Source: a phage. From it: a stretch of 64,000 nt of DNA. The DNA is taken from the NCBI GenBank assembly GCA_029742005.1, contig GCA_029742005.1_4113.1. The stretch is one strand, 5' to 3'. The position numbers and the translations under genes were made by a program. This document shows positions 18,008 through 27,889 of the stretch, one piece after another; the stretch's first letter is position 1, and each line of letters starts with the position of its first letter. Under the pieces are notes generated by a model that was given only the letters and a program-made list of their open reading frames with translations, searched no databases and was not told the origin of the DNA.

Positions 18008-19180
18008 TTATGGTAAAATAATAGCTTGTAACGAACTCATACCCAATGTTGGAACACTCGCCTGTGGTGCTGGTGCATTCACTTTTGGTGATGAAACCGC
18101 ATAAGTCATTCCTGTACCCAAATCTGGATCAAAAACTACAGAACAATAATCCCCATTGTATATAAGTCCATTAGTATATCCTTGTACACTTTGAATGCAT
18201 TTCGTGAACGTACCAATGTCAGTAGTGGCATTTATTAAGTTCCTCCCACGGTAGCCACATGTGTATATGAAATTATCATCACCTATGTACATACTCGCAT
18301 TCCCAGAAGAACTACATAGATAAGACATATAAGCACGCATGTTTTTAGGAGCAACTGACAATGTACCAGCATAGAATTTATTATTCATACCCGAAATATC
18401 ACCATCACCCAAAGCACCAAAACTCCCCCAACCAGTACCATAATATCTCTTATCACTCAAGAATATAATACAGTTGTTATTACACATCTTGACTTGATAT
18501 ATCAATGAAGGATCAACCCCAGGGAATGATTCAGTGTATGTTAGAACAGCCAGATCAGTACTGGCATTACATTGATGATATGTATTAGTACCAGCGGACA
18601 ATATTGTACCATCAACTAATAGAATCCTCGAAGTGCCAGTACCAGCAATACAAGCAACAGCATTACCTGTATATATTTTTCTGAAAGTAAAGAAACCAAC
18701 AGTCTTACTCCCCTGTCCACTCCAACCAGTATTATCAACACCACATGCCCATACTGAACCATCTTGCATGATCATCATTACACCATAGCGTTCTATCGAA
18801 ATATAGACAATCTTCGTAGTATCAACTGCACTAAATCTAGAAGTTATATCAGTCCAAACCTTTACACTCACCGCCGTCGCACCGAAAGTAGGATCTTCCC
18901 CTGCTATCATTATCCTACCATTGTTAGTCAGATACATTGTCTGACTATAACCAGTACTACAAAACTTAACACTATCAGTCTCTGGAACTTTTAACCACTC
19001 GTTGTAACGTGTTACGTTAGTGTTATTATCTAACTGATAATAGTTATTCATCCCAGATACATATAACACACCATCCTTTATTAAACTATAAGTCGCACTA
19101 TAGTCACTACAGGTATAACGTGTACCCACAGGTCGCTCAACGACGTTCCCATATTCTAACATCCTTACAAAAGGCAACAT
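18008..19180 (-). CDS. RCC1-like repeat protein, MLPF family
   Basis: MLPFVRMLEYGN; no clear SD; start uncertain. Confidence 0.5.
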   Translation of the reverse strand: MLPFVRMLEYGNVVERPVGTRYTCSDYSATYSLIKDGVLYVSGMNNYYQLDNNTNVTRYNEWLKVPETDSVKFCSTGYSQTMYLTNNGRIMIAGEDPTFGATAVSVKVWTDITSRFSAVDTTKIVYISIERYGVMMIMQDGSVWACGVDNTGWSGQGSKTVGFFTFRKIYTGNAVACIAGTGTSRILLVDGTILSAGTNTYHQCNASTDLAVLTYTESFPGVDPSLIYQVKMCNNNCIIFLSDKRYYGTGWGSFGALGDGDISGMNNKFYAGTLSVAPKNMRAYMSYLCSSSGNASMYIGDDNFIYTCGYRGRNLINATTDIGTFTKCIQSVQGYTNGLIYNGDYCSVVFDPDLGTGMTYAVSSPKVNAPAPQASVPTLGMSSLQAIILP

Positions 19181-19221
19181 AACTAAATACCAGAACATAT
19201 TTCAGTACTGGTATCGTAGCG

Positions 19222-20364
19222 TTAAAATGGCATCTTAACCTCTTTATATACTAATATATCACCGGATAAACCAGGAAACGCAGAACCATTACCACATGCA
19301 TATATAGTACTGTCATTCCACGCCGCTTGATGGTAATTACCTATAGTACATTTATAATTCGATAAATCAGTCACACCAGGTGTTAGTACATAATATACTG
19401 GTCCACTAGGTAAATTAAAATCAAATCTACCAAAGTAGTTCAAACCAGATGAATAGGACTTGTCATTAGCAAATATTACAGTACCATCTTCTGTAAAAGA
19501 ACTGTGAGAAATGTCTTTGAGATTGTTCACAACACCAGACGGTATTGATGTATTCAACGTAAAGGACGTCAATGGTGCTGCACTCGGTGTGTTGTTCGCC
19601 GTGTAACCATAATATGCATAACCAGCTACATATACACTCGAATCTGAACAAAATAAAAATGCACTCCTATAACCCAACCTAATACTCTCTATAGTCTTAC
19701 TAAAAGTAACTTTAGTAAAGGTAGGAACTAAACCACTATATCCTACCCCACATGTACCAAAATCATTCTTCCCAGTACTGTACAATTCGTTATTATTTGT
19801 AAGGTAAAATGACGCAGCAGCACCGCTATCTAAAGTACTGTAAACGTCTTTTACATTACTCGCAATCAATTTAAATGCACTCAATACGGTAGCCGAACCA
19901 TTGTTAGACAGCGTTGTTGAATCCGTGCCTTGTCCTATTGTATATAAATCTCCAGTACTAGTCAAAACAAATATACCATTAGTCGCCATAACAATTCTGT
20001 CATTCTTTAAATTAAATGAACTAAAAAGTGTACTTATATCAGTAAAGGTAGTATAACGCCCACTCTGCCCTATACTCGATAAATTCCCACTCAAATAAAC
20101 CTTATTATCATTACCAACAGCTACATAACAACCCCACCCAGCATATATCTGATCAATGCCTTGTATCGGTATTTGTAACCATTCACTACCAGTTACCGAA
20201 GCAGTACTTCCAGTTCCAAGTTCACCAGAGTTATTAGCTCCGAATACATATAAATTCCCACTATCCGATAAAACAACTGTATTACCAACTCCAGTTTTTA
20301 TATCCTTGATACCATTCTTAGGAGCAACATTCCCATAATCAAACATTCTAACAAAAGGTAACAT
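19222..20364 (-). CDS. RCC1-like repeat protein, MLPF family
   Basis: MLPFVRMFDYGN; RBS GGAGGGAAAT. Confidence 0.6.
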   Translation of the reverse strand: MLPFVRMFDYGNVAPKNGIKDIKTGVGNTVVLSDSGNLYVFGANNSGELGTGSTASVTGSEWLQIPIQGIDQIYAGWGCYVAVGNDNKVYLSGNLSSIGQSGRYTTFTDISTLFSSFNLKNDRIVMATNGIFVLTSTGDLYTIGQGTDSTTLSNNGSATVLSAFKLIASNVKDVYSTLDSGAAASFYLTNNNELYSTGKNDFGTCGVGYSGLVPTFTKVTFSKTIESIRLGYRSAFLFCSDSSVYVAGYAYYGYTANNTPSAAPLTSFTLNTSIPSGVVNNLKDISHSSFTEDGTVIFANDKSYSSGLNYFGRFDFNLPSGPVYYVLTPGVTDLSNYKCTIGNYHQAAWNDSTIYACGNGSAFPGLSGDILVYKEVKMPF

Positions 20365-20436
20365 ATTTCCCTCCTTTATTCATTATACTATATTTAATCA
20401 AAAATAAAAGCCAGTACTTGAGTACTGGCATAGTAT

Positions 20437-21564
20437 TCAAAAAGGTAAATCAATTTGCTTAGTAATAATAGTATCTAACGGTATTGAACACAATGAGAAA
20501 TTCTTTCCACCCGTATTTTCAGGATTATATCCATTCATCCATACATTATTACCTTCGTAAAATGTATTCCAGTATAAAGCCCCACTATATCGTGTATTCG
20601 AATTGAACGATGGAAAGTTGAATTCTTGGAATGATGTAAAATATGGAATGGAACTTGAACTACTTCCCGTAAATGGGGTATACCCAGTTGCTATTAGTTT
20701 GTTTGTATCTGCATTAATTAAAAATACAACACTAGTCGAATAGTCCAACGAATCAGGATGATATATATTACTCATATCACCTATAGTAAAACCAACATCA
20801 AAAACTTTACTATGTGCACCACTACCAGCAAAAGTAGTTCCAGTTGCATATATTTTATTATCAGATGTTATCATTACAAAACCAACACCAGAAACAAAAC
20901 TGCATTTTATATCATAAGATATATCATCAAACAACGGAACAAATGTGGTTGCATCACCCGATGTTGCTTTAACTTGAAAGCTGTTATTTGAACCTGAACC
21001 ATATACAGTTCCATCGTTTTTAATCTTAAACAATGTATCGCCAAGGTAACCGCCAAATATATTATCCACATTAGTGTCAAGTACAGTCCACGCTGAAACA
21101 TAATTTTTATGTCCTAAACCTAATGCACCACTTCGATTCCATCCTCTTCCATAAAGTGTTCCGTCTTTCATTAATATAAATGCTGTATAACCACATAACA
21201 TTTTTTTAATTTGGGTAACATCTATACCAGTGAAATACACAGCCCAGTCAGTATATCCTTGTTGGAAAGTATCAGAATTCGTGAATGCATATGTTGGACC
21301 TGAACCATATATTTTATCACCTTTAATAACAACGGAAAACAATCCTAACCATAAGTCATCAACTTCAGTTGTGATTTGTTGAACTGCTCCTAACGATACA
21401 AACTTTGTACTTAAACCCGCATTATAGTTTGAATCTTCACCGTGTGCATATACAGTGCCATCTTGCATTAGAAACATTTCAAGAGTGCCACTAACAACAC
21501 TTTTCTTTATATTATTAACTTCGATTATATTCCCATAATCAAACATTCTAACAAAAGGTAACAT
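20437..21564 (-). CDS. RCC1-like repeat protein, MLPF family
   Basis: MLPFVRMFDYGN; YGRGWNRSGALGLGH repeat; closest paralog of 16805-17932. Confidence 0.6.
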   Translation of the reverse strand: MLPFVRMFDYGNIIEVNNIKKSVVSGTLEMFLMQDGTVYAHGEDSNYNAGLSTKFVSLGAVQQITTEVDDLWLGLFSVVIKGDKIYGSGPTYAFTNSDTFQQGYTDWAVYFTGIDVTQIKKMLCGYTAFILMKDGTLYGRGWNRSGALGLGHKNYVSAWTVLDTNVDNIFGGYLGDTLFKIKNDGTVYGSGSNNSFQVKATSGDATTFVPLFDDISYDIKCSFVSGVGFVMITSDNKIYATGTTFAGSGAHSKVFDVGFTIGDMSNIYHPDSLDYSTSVVFLINADTNKLIATGYTPFTGSSSSSIPYFTSFQEFNFPSFNSNTRYSGALYWNTFYEGNNVWMNGYNPENTGGKNFSLCSIPLDTIITKQIDLPF

Positions 21565-21636
21565 AATTCCCTCCTTTATTCATTATACTTTATTTAATAC
21601 AAATAAGAATTCCTGTATCGAGTACTGGCATTCAAT

Positions 21637-22785
21637 TTATTGTAAAAAGGACATATCTACTTCTGTATAACTAAGAATGTTTTGACCAGCAATTCCACCC
21701 ATTACTACTATTGCATACCCACAATAATATAATTTCCCAGTGTCCGTAAGTATAAGTGAACCAGAAGGTGTTCTTACCAAATTACACGAACTATTAAAAG
21801 AAGTATACGAAGGAGTATAGGAGTACTGATTAATATTATTACCAACACCTAATTGACCACCCCTATTCGAACCAGATGCATAAAGTACTTCATCTGCTTT
21901 GACAATATGTGATGCCATGTTAGCAACACATGCATATACACCATATACCCCTGTACTCAATAATGTAGGAGTCTTGTATTGAATATCAGTACTAGTAGAT
22001 GTTCCACCTGTGCCAAATTCATTACCATATTGTGCTCCGTACTGCTTCCCACATGCGTACAAATTATTATCCGATTTGATAAAAAATGTACTCTGATAAC
22101 TTACATCAAAATCTATAACATCCGAAGAAATCATCGTTACCCCAGTAATCGAAGTTTGATTACCAGTACCCAACTGGTAGTAATAGTTAAAACCACAACC
22201 CCATAAAGTATTATCTTCTTTTAGGTATATGTTACCAACTGCCTTTTTAACCGAAGTTATAGTATCTACCCTTTTGAATGTGTTAAAAGAATTAATGTTT
22301 GTACCATCACCAAATGATGATAGGTTCGAGTTATTGTTAACTCCACAACAATACAACGTACCATCGTTTGTTATCAAATTCACCTTCATATCATTAAAAC
22401 TACTCATGTATTTTATATCAGAAACATTAATACCACCTGATGTTATCCATGTAGTACAGTCCGTCCATAACGTCTTCCTATCAGTTACCCCAGTAAATGC
22501 CTTCGTGTTACCAGTGATAAACACTTTACCAGTACCCTTTTCTTCATACAATTGACAATCACTACTGTTATCTTCCAATAAAACCCTCTGTACATTCTCT
22601 GCACAAAGAATAAATTTACTCGATGCTACACCTGTTCCAGTACCCCAATTCGTCGCAGAAGATGCATACAACTTATGTGTTAGTGTATCATGCAAATACA
22701 TAGAACCACTAGAATATATTTTAAAACGCCCAGAGTTGGTAGGTGCTTCATTCCCATAATCAAACATTCTAACAAAAGGTAACAT
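21637..22785 (-). CDS. RCC1-like repeat protein, MLPF family
   Basis: MLPFVRMFDYGN after AAAGGAGGAAAT; track start MNKGGN covers the SD. Confidence 0.6.
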   Translation of the reverse strand: MLPFVRMFDYGNEAPTNSGRFKIYSSGSMYLHDTLTHKLYASSATNWGTGTGVASSKFILCAENVQRVLLEDNSSDCQLYEEKGTGKVFITGNTKAFTGVTDRKTLWTDCTTWITSGGINVSDIKYMSSFNDMKVNLITNDGTLYCCGVNNNSNLSSFGDGTNINSFNTFKRVDTITSVKKAVGNIYLKEDNTLWGCGFNYYYQLGTGNQTSITGVTMISSDVIDFDVSYQSTFFIKSDNNLYACGKQYGAQYGNEFGTGGTSTSTDIQYKTPTLLSTGVYGVYACVANMASHIVKADEVLYASGSNRGGQLGVGNNINQYSYTPSYTSFNSSCNLVRTPSGSLILTDTGKLYYCGYAIVVMGGIAGQNILSYTEVDMSFLQ

Positions 22786-22827
22786 ATTTCCTCCTTTATT
22801 CATTATATCATATTTACCCCATAACCC

Positions 22828-22856
22828 TTGACATCCTTTCAGTACTGGTGTACTAT
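22828..22856 (+). promoter_or_regulatory. promoter TTGACA-17-TACTAT heading the 22.9-26.9 kb array
   Basis: Consensus -35, 17-nt spacer containing CAGTACTG. Confidence 0.5.
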
Positions 22857-22881
22857 AGAAGGAATATAAGGAGAACTACAC

Positions 22882-23109
22882 ATGACAGCTACACTTAAGT
22901 ACTACATTAATACTCTAAATGAACTAGAGTACGGTAAGTTTCTCGCGGATTGTTCGTGGCTAATAGAGCTAAAAACACATAACAGTACTGGATGTAACCT
23001 TATGCTGAACAATGCACTTGATACCCTTGTAGTGAGTATTTTACACAGCAACATCTGCGGGAATAGCAATAAACAATTATCAAAAATCTTAGTACTGGTA
23101 GCTATATGA
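22882..23109 (+). CDS. small hypothetical protein (family B-like)
   Basis: RBS TAAGGAG; 75 aa. Confidence 0.5.
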   Translation: MTATLKYYINTLNELEYGKFLADCSWLIELKTHNSTGCNLMLNNALDTLVVSILHSNICGNSNKQLSKILVLVAI

Positions 23110-23318
23110 ACACTATGAACATTAAACAGTACTACATCGATGCACTACCAACAAAAGGTCTACGAGAAAGCCTACTGTATACACAAAATAATTTTATACA
23201 CTACAAACGTTATCCTAAACTCCTGAACTCGTACAGGAATAATAACATAAGAAATGCTTTACAAGGGGTAGAAAGTATGCAATACTATTACATCCTTACC
23301 CTTTTAATCGAGTACTAA
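23106..23318 (+). CDS. small protein, family B
   Basis: ATGA overlap; MNTMNIKQYY.., C-terminus LTLLIEY. Confidence 0.5.
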   Translation: MNTMNIKQYYIDALPTKGLRESLLYTQNNFIHYKRYPKLLNSYRNNNIRNALQGVESMQYYYILTLLIEY

Positions 23319-23319
23319 T

Positions 23320-23505
23320 ATGTATAAAGAATTCTACTGTAGTAAGCTGCACAAGCAATACCGAGATTCATTCCCCAATGAACCTATGGACATGAATAGT
23401 CCATTTTATAAATTTGACTTCAGACTGGAGACACGTTATGCAATAGAACATCAATTTCCTGAAACTAAGTACTTATCTATCATGAACCTCATCTTTAAGT
23501 TCTAA
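23320..23505 (+). CDS. small protein, family B
   Basis: 61 aa, tightly packed. Confidence 0.45.
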   Translation: MYKEFYCSKLHKQYRDSFPNEPMDMNSPFYKFDFRLETRYAIEHQFPETKYLSIMNLIFKF

Positions 23506-23516
23506 AAGAGTACTAT

Positions 23517-23729
23517 ATGAAAACTATGAACATTCATCAGTACTACTTAGATATTCTCCCTAAAGATGTGCAGAACATCCTTAAACAAGAATTCAGTACT
23601 TTAAAAAACCTTAAAAGATCCGCACCGAATGTACTCATCCTGCACCAAATAAATGTAGTTGATAATATTCTACAAGGTGTACCAGGAACCGAGTACTTTA
23701 ATATAGTAAGGCTAATTACATTACAATGA
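23517..23729 (+). CDS. small protein, family B
   Basis: MKTMNIHQYY.., paralog of 23106. Confidence 0.5.
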   Translation: MKTMNIHQYYLDILPKDVQNILKQEFSTLKNLKRSAPNVLILHQINVVDNILQGVPGTEYFNIVRLITLQ

Positions 23730-23911
23730 ATCATATAAGCTACTATTACCAAAAACTATCCGACCGAGACAAGTACAGCCACAACTCCCATGTATGGTAC
23801 TACAAACGCGGTAGTATAAGGGACAAACAACATTACTTCTGTACTGCTATAAAAGAAAAACTAACAACTAAGTACACGTACAGAGCAGTACTGAAACTTA
23901 TTGATATGTAA
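23726..23911 (+). CDS. small protein, family B
   Basis: ATGA overlap; C-terminus KYTYRAVLKLIDM. Confidence 0.5.
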   Translation: MNHISYYYQKLSDRDKYSHNSHVWYYKRGSIRDKQHYFCTAIKEKLTTKYTYRAVLKLIDM

Positions 23912-23921
23912 AGAGAATACT

Positions 23922-24107
23922 ATGAATACATTTGAGTACTATACAAATAAACTATCTATGCCAGAAAGATCTCATCTCTATGTGTGGAGAAATGCGTATA
24001 AAAGCGGCAATAAACTTATACAAAGAAATTCCCTTACAGTGTGTACAAATTTAATTAAAGCAGAGTACCGCACATATATTGAAGTACTGAAACTAATCTC
24101 TATCTAA
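23922..24107 (+). CDS. small protein, family B
   Basis: RBS AAGAGA; C-terminus EYRTYIEVLKLISI. Confidence 0.5.
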   Translation: MNTFEYYTNKLSMPERSHLYVWRNAYKSGNKLIQRNSLTVCTNLIKAEYRTYIEVLKLISI

Positions 24108-24115
24108 GGTACTCT

Positions 24116-24295
24116 ATGCAAGAATTCTATATCTATAAACTTCAGCACAAAGATAGATACAACTATAATAAATTCCAAAGGTACTACACAGTCGGGAACA
24201 AAAGAGATAAAAAACGATACTTTCTATCATGTACAGTAGAAGCACAAAACGAAAAGTACACGTACAGAGAAGTACTGAAACTCATCTCAATCTAA
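24116..24295 (+). CDS. small protein, family B (59 aa)
   Basis: RBS TAAGG; C-terminus KYTYREVLKLISI; missing from ORF track. Confidence 0.5.
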   Translation: MQEFYIYKLQHKDRYNYNKFQRYYTVGNKRDKKRYFLSCTVEAQNEKYTYREVLKLISI

Positions 24296-24303
24296 GGAAT
24301 AAT

Positions 24304-24483
24304 ATGCAAGAATACTATATAGAACACATAAGCATTAAAGACCGTTTCATGTACGACACCTTCGTGAAGTACTACAACCTGGCAACTAACAGTACTAAAA
24401 ATATTAATCTCAATAGCTGCATTCATCAGGCACTAACAAAAGATAATCCCTTCAGGGAAATCCTCGCTCTCGCATCTGTATAA
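24304..24483 (+). CDS. small protein, family B
   Basis: RBS TAAGGAA; MQEYYIEH.. Confidence 0.5.
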   Translation: MQEYYIEHISIKDRFMYDTFVKYYNLATNSTKNINLNSCIHQALTKDNPFREILALASV

Positions 24484-24494
24484 AGGAATCTAAT

Positions 24495-25154
24495 ATGAAA
24501 CTTAATGCACACAGTAAACAATACCTTAAGCACTTTAAGTACCTCAACAGTATTCAAGCAGAATCTTTTACACCAACATATACTTACGACCCGTGTGTAC
24601 TAAAGAAACGAAATAAAAAGAAAAAATCCAGAAATGTTCTCGTATCTAAGAACCTCAAATCGTACTTGAAGAAAAATAATATAGCTCTTGCTTTTATTAA
24701 TATCTATAATACTGATTTAAAAGTATTGAGTACTAATACCAGCACAAAAGCACTAAAGAATGCATCTATCTATATACACATGGATAATATCCCGTGTACT
24801 ATAATTCTATCTTTCGGGAATGTATACTTCTTCGGGAATTGTAATAGCACCCATGATATCAGTACTGCACAATTCCAAATCGGCGATATGTACTGCATGG
24901 GTTCAGAAAAAATACACGATAACATGCACTTCTTCCAAAAGCAACGTACTAACGAAACTGATACAGTACTGCAATTCCTCAAAGAATTACAAGGCAAAGA
25001 ATTATCAGAAGAAGATCTATTCATGTACAGTACTGTAATCGATAATCCAGAACTCTATAAAAACGCGTACAATCTAACAAAACATGTACAGGAACTTATC
25101 AGTACTGATAAGAAATTTCATCACCTCATTACGTATATTTCAAACTATGTATAA
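24495..25154 (+). CDS. hypothetical protein (219 aa) inside small-gene array
   Basis: RBS AAAGGAA; Lys-rich N-terminal region. Confidence 0.55.
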   Translation: MKLNAHSKQYLKHFKYLNSIQAESFTPTYTYDPCVLKKRNKKKKSRNVLVSKNLKSYLKKNNIALAFINIYNTDLKVLSTNTSTKALKNASIYIHMDNIPCTIILSFGNVYFFGNCNSTHDISTAQFQIGDMYCMGSEKIHDNMHFFQKQRTNETDTVLQFLKELQGKELSEEDLFMYSTVIDNPELYKNAYNLTKHVQELISTDKKFHHLITYISNYV

Positions 25155-25329
25155 AGAATACTACAAAGATAAAATCCCAATGCATCTACAACACCATATA
25201 CCAAACGTTGCATTGGGTATCAAAGATCACGCAAAGATAATGTTCCAACAATGTACTAAGTACACGCTCATATACGATGATAATCCATATATGCTGTACT
25301 ACGTAGTAATGCTAACATTCAGGTACTAA
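25147..25329 (+). CDS. small protein, family B
   Basis: MYKEYYKD.., C-terminus VVMLTFRY. Confidence 0.5.
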   Translation: MYKEYYKDKIPMHLQHHIPNVALGIKDHAKIMFQQCTKYTLIYDDNPYMLYYVVMLTFRY

Positions 25330-25330
25330 T

Positions 25331-25510
25331 ATGAATACTTATAAAGAATTCTACCTCTCGTACCTTAATTCCGATATAGTAACATCCAATACATTCAGTA
25401 CTAAAATTATCTATAATGAATTAATGAAAGAATGTATTAACGGTGCTATTAACCCTAAAGATACGTATGACTTGTACTATGCAGTACTAACCCTTGTTTT
25501 CACGAAATAA
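25331..25510 (+). CDS. small protein, family B (59 aa)
   Basis: MNTYKEFY.., C-terminus LTLVFTK; missing from ORF track. Confidence 0.5.
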   Translation: MNTYKEFYLSYLNSDIVTSNTFSTKIIYNELMKECINGAINPKDTYDLYYAVLTLVFTK

Positions 25511-25518
25511 CACATAAT

Positions 25519-25710
25519 ATGAATAACCACAAAGAATACTACATAGAGAAACTCCCAATGTATCTCCAACACCTTGTACCAACAGAACCATTGGGTATAG
25601 AAAAAAACTACGAAAAAGACTACTTCATTCAGTGCACTAAATCCTCGATATATATTGAAGACTATAATCGAGTACTGTATCACATCCTTTTACTAATATA
25701 TAGGTACTAA
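25519..25710 (+). CDS. small protein, family B
   Basis: MNNHKEYYIEKLPMYLQH.., C-terminus LLLIYRY. Confidence 0.5.
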   Translation: MNNHKEYYIEKLPMYLQHLVPTEPLGIEKNYEKDYFIQCTKSSIYIEDYNRVLYHILLLIYRY

Positions 25711-25711
25711 T

Positions 25712-25894
25712 ATGCACAAAGAATACTACACACAATTTCTCCCCAGCATTTTTGAACACTACGCCAGATACAAAGTCCCTATGGATAACGATTTGGCAGT
25801 ACTGGGATTCAATAACTGCATAGAACGAAGTATAGAAAATAGTAGTAGTTATGACCAGCTATATAACACTATCCTACTTATATTCAGGTACTAA
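25712..25894 (+). CDS. small protein, family B
   Basis: MHKEYYTQF.., C-terminus ILLIFRY. Confidence 0.5.
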   Translation: MHKEYYTQFLPSIFEHYARYKVPMDNDLAVLGFNNCIERSIENSSSYDQLYNTILLIFRY

Positions 25895-25895
25895 T

Positions 25896-26081
25896 ATGCA
25901 TAAAGAATACTACACACAATTTGTTAAAGGGAACTACAAACATGCCGTACCCAGAACCCCTTTAAATTCTCATGACCCAAGTACTATATTCTTGTTTAAT
26001 GACGCAATACGTACAGTACTCAATACTAAAGATGAAGATGTGCAGTACGTATTCTTACTATTACTTATATACAGACACTAA
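25896..26081 (+). CDS. small protein, family B
   Basis: MHKEYYTQF.., C-terminus LLLLIYRH. Confidence 0.5.
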   Translation: MHKEYYTQFVKGNYKHAVPRTPLNSHDPSTIFLFNDAIRTVLNTKDEDVQYVFLLLLIYRH

Positions 26082-26086
26082 CTAAT

Positions 26087-26296
26087 ATGAATAAAGAACA
26101 TAAAGAATTCTACTCCAAATACATAAGCCCCTCAGAACAAATGTTTCTAAGGACTACTCCACCTTTAAGTACTAATACATTTTTCGGCAGAGTATGCTAC
26201 AATAATTGTATTCAAATGACTTTAAACGCAAACGAAGATGGTAACAGTACTAACCTGTACTCAGGTATCATAGGTATACTATTCCTGTATGAATAA
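26087..26296 (+). CDS. small protein, family B
   Basis: MNKEHKEFY.. Confidence 0.5.
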   Translation: MNKEHKEFYSKYISPSEQMFLRTTPPLSTNTFFGRVCYNNCIQMTLNANEDGNSTNLYSGIIGILFLYE

Positions 26297-26477
26297 TTAC
26301 AAAGACTTCTATTTGAATACACTACCTACTGTACTTTCTCTAAGTGCTCAATGTAAAATCCCGCTGGATAATGCTTACGCCAGATATAGCTATTCCATAA
26401 CTGTTAATCGATGTATAGAGAATCATTGCAGTACTAACCAGTACTATAACATAATCCTACTTATATTCAGGTACTAA
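26289..26477 (+). CDS. small protein, family B
   Basis: MNNYKDFY.., C-terminus ILLIFRY. Confidence 0.5.
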   Translation: MNNYKDFYLNTLPTVLSLSAQCKIPLDNAYARYSYSITVNRCIENHCSTNQYYNIILLIFRY

Positions 26478-26478
26478 T

Positions 26479-26625
26479 ATGAATAAAGAACATAAAGAAT
26501 TCTATATACGAAAACTAACATTCGTCCCCGTAAGAATATATAAAGAATGCGACCCAAGATTATACCTATGGCACTTCAATGAGTGCATAAAAGATTCTAT
26601 ATACCATAAGAACTATAAAGAATAA
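26479..26625 (+). CDS. small protein, family B (48 aa, possibly truncated)
   Basis: MNKEHKEFY.. N-terminus; short; missing from ORF track. Confidence 0.35.
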   Translation: MNKEHKEFYIRKLTFVPVRIYKECDPRLYLWHFNECIKDSIYHKNYKE

Positions 26626-26676
26626 TTGTGCTCAGTACTAACACTAGTACTATCATATTAATTAATAGAGAATACT

Positions 26677-26868
26677 ATGTATAAAAACTTCTATATAAGT
26701 AAACTAAAAGAAAATGAACAAGTATGGATTAGATCTATAATTCCACTGGCATTTAATAGATATGCATTTAACAGATGTACCGAGATTGCTATAGACCCTT
26801 ATAATATTAAAGAGAATGTACAGTATAATCAGTACTACTATATCTTAATGCTTATATATAGAAAGTAA
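26677..26868 (+). CDS. small protein, family B
   Basis: MYKNFYISKL.., C-terminus LMLIYRK. Confidence 0.5.
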   Translation: MYKNFYISKLKENEQVWIRSIIPLAFNRYAFNRCTEIAIDPYNIKENVQYNQYYYILMLIYRK

Positions 26869-27506
26869 TTAAACACAAGTAGACAGGGGAAGCTCCTAGT
26901 GAACAACCTTTATGTACAGGCGAATTGTTAAAATTCAGCCTGGACAAATGCGATCACTAGGATTCTCCCCAGGCTAAACCCCGTAATCATAGGTAGTCAT
27001 AAGTAATCATATATAAACATTTATATGAGCACCGTAGAATCACAGAATGATTATATATGATTCAGTACTGATTAGTATAGACAAGATTGCTCAAGAATGC
27101 ACGGAAATGTGTGTGAATGATTCAGTACTGATATCCCACTAAGTAGGCAGAGGAAGTCTGCCGTACTTTTTAGTTTCCAAGCTCCTTTTCCATTTTTCAA
27201 ATTACATCAAATGTAATCAAAAGTAATCACGCAATGATTAGTACTGAATTATTACTTTCACCTTAATTTCAATGACCCCTTTACCCTTCGGGGTAAAATT
27301 CCATTACCCCTTGAGGCTCCAGCAAAAAGTTGGTTAGTACTCCATCCTAAATCTCGATCCTAAAAATTTTGGAGTACCTATGAAATAAAAGTTGGATCTT
27401 CGAAAGTTGAAATTTACGTTGGGACGTTTATGATTTGTGGGATATAATGATGTTTGTAGTCGGGTAGTTCTCAAGAATATCAGTACTGAATAATGAAAGA
27501 AAGCTA

Positions 27507-27534
27507 TTGACATTATGATTCAGTACTGTATAAT
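27507..27534 (+). promoter_or_regulatory. promoter TTGACA-16-TATAAT in non-coding region
   Basis: Consensus hexamers; no protein ORF downstream. Confidence 0.5.
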
Positions 27535-27540
27535 GTTCTA

Positions 27541-27655
27541 CATAGCTTCAAGGGGTGATGAGTTGCTGCGAACAATTCATTTACTCTACCTCCTGTCGTG
27601 AGACAGTACAGAAAAGATAGTTCCTCCTGTGGTGGTACATCTTTTTGAACCTCAT
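27541..27655 (+). ncRNA. candidate small non-coding transcript
   Basis: Promoter upstream, no credible ORF, T-run near 27650. Confidence 0.25.
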
Positions 27656-27726
27656 ATGAAAATCGTAATAACAGTACTGATATTAACAGAATGGTGTCAG
27701 TACTGATTTTAATCTAAAGCATTATG

Positions 27727-27746
27727 CCACCAGCACAAGCTGGTGG
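27727..27746 (+). repeat. inverted Chi octamers forming hairpin CCACCAGC-ACAA-GCTGGTGG
   Basis: Perfect 8-bp inverted repeat whose arms are the E. coli Chi octamer and its complement. Confidence 0.6.
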
Positions 27747-27889
27747 ATTCCCTCTAACAGTATTCAGTACTACATGATAGTCTTCATCCTCCTAGGGTAA
27801 CATAGTGAGGGCTATGATGGCAGTACTGAATACTCCCTTTCAAAAGATAGATCTATGGTATAGTACTGACGGATTTTGGGCGTAGTTAC

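Noticed and set aside
24770-25038. ORFs 24770..25024 (-) and 24820..25038 (+) inside the 24495..25154 gene
   Set aside because: Nested in a longer ORF that has a proper RBS; no independent signals.
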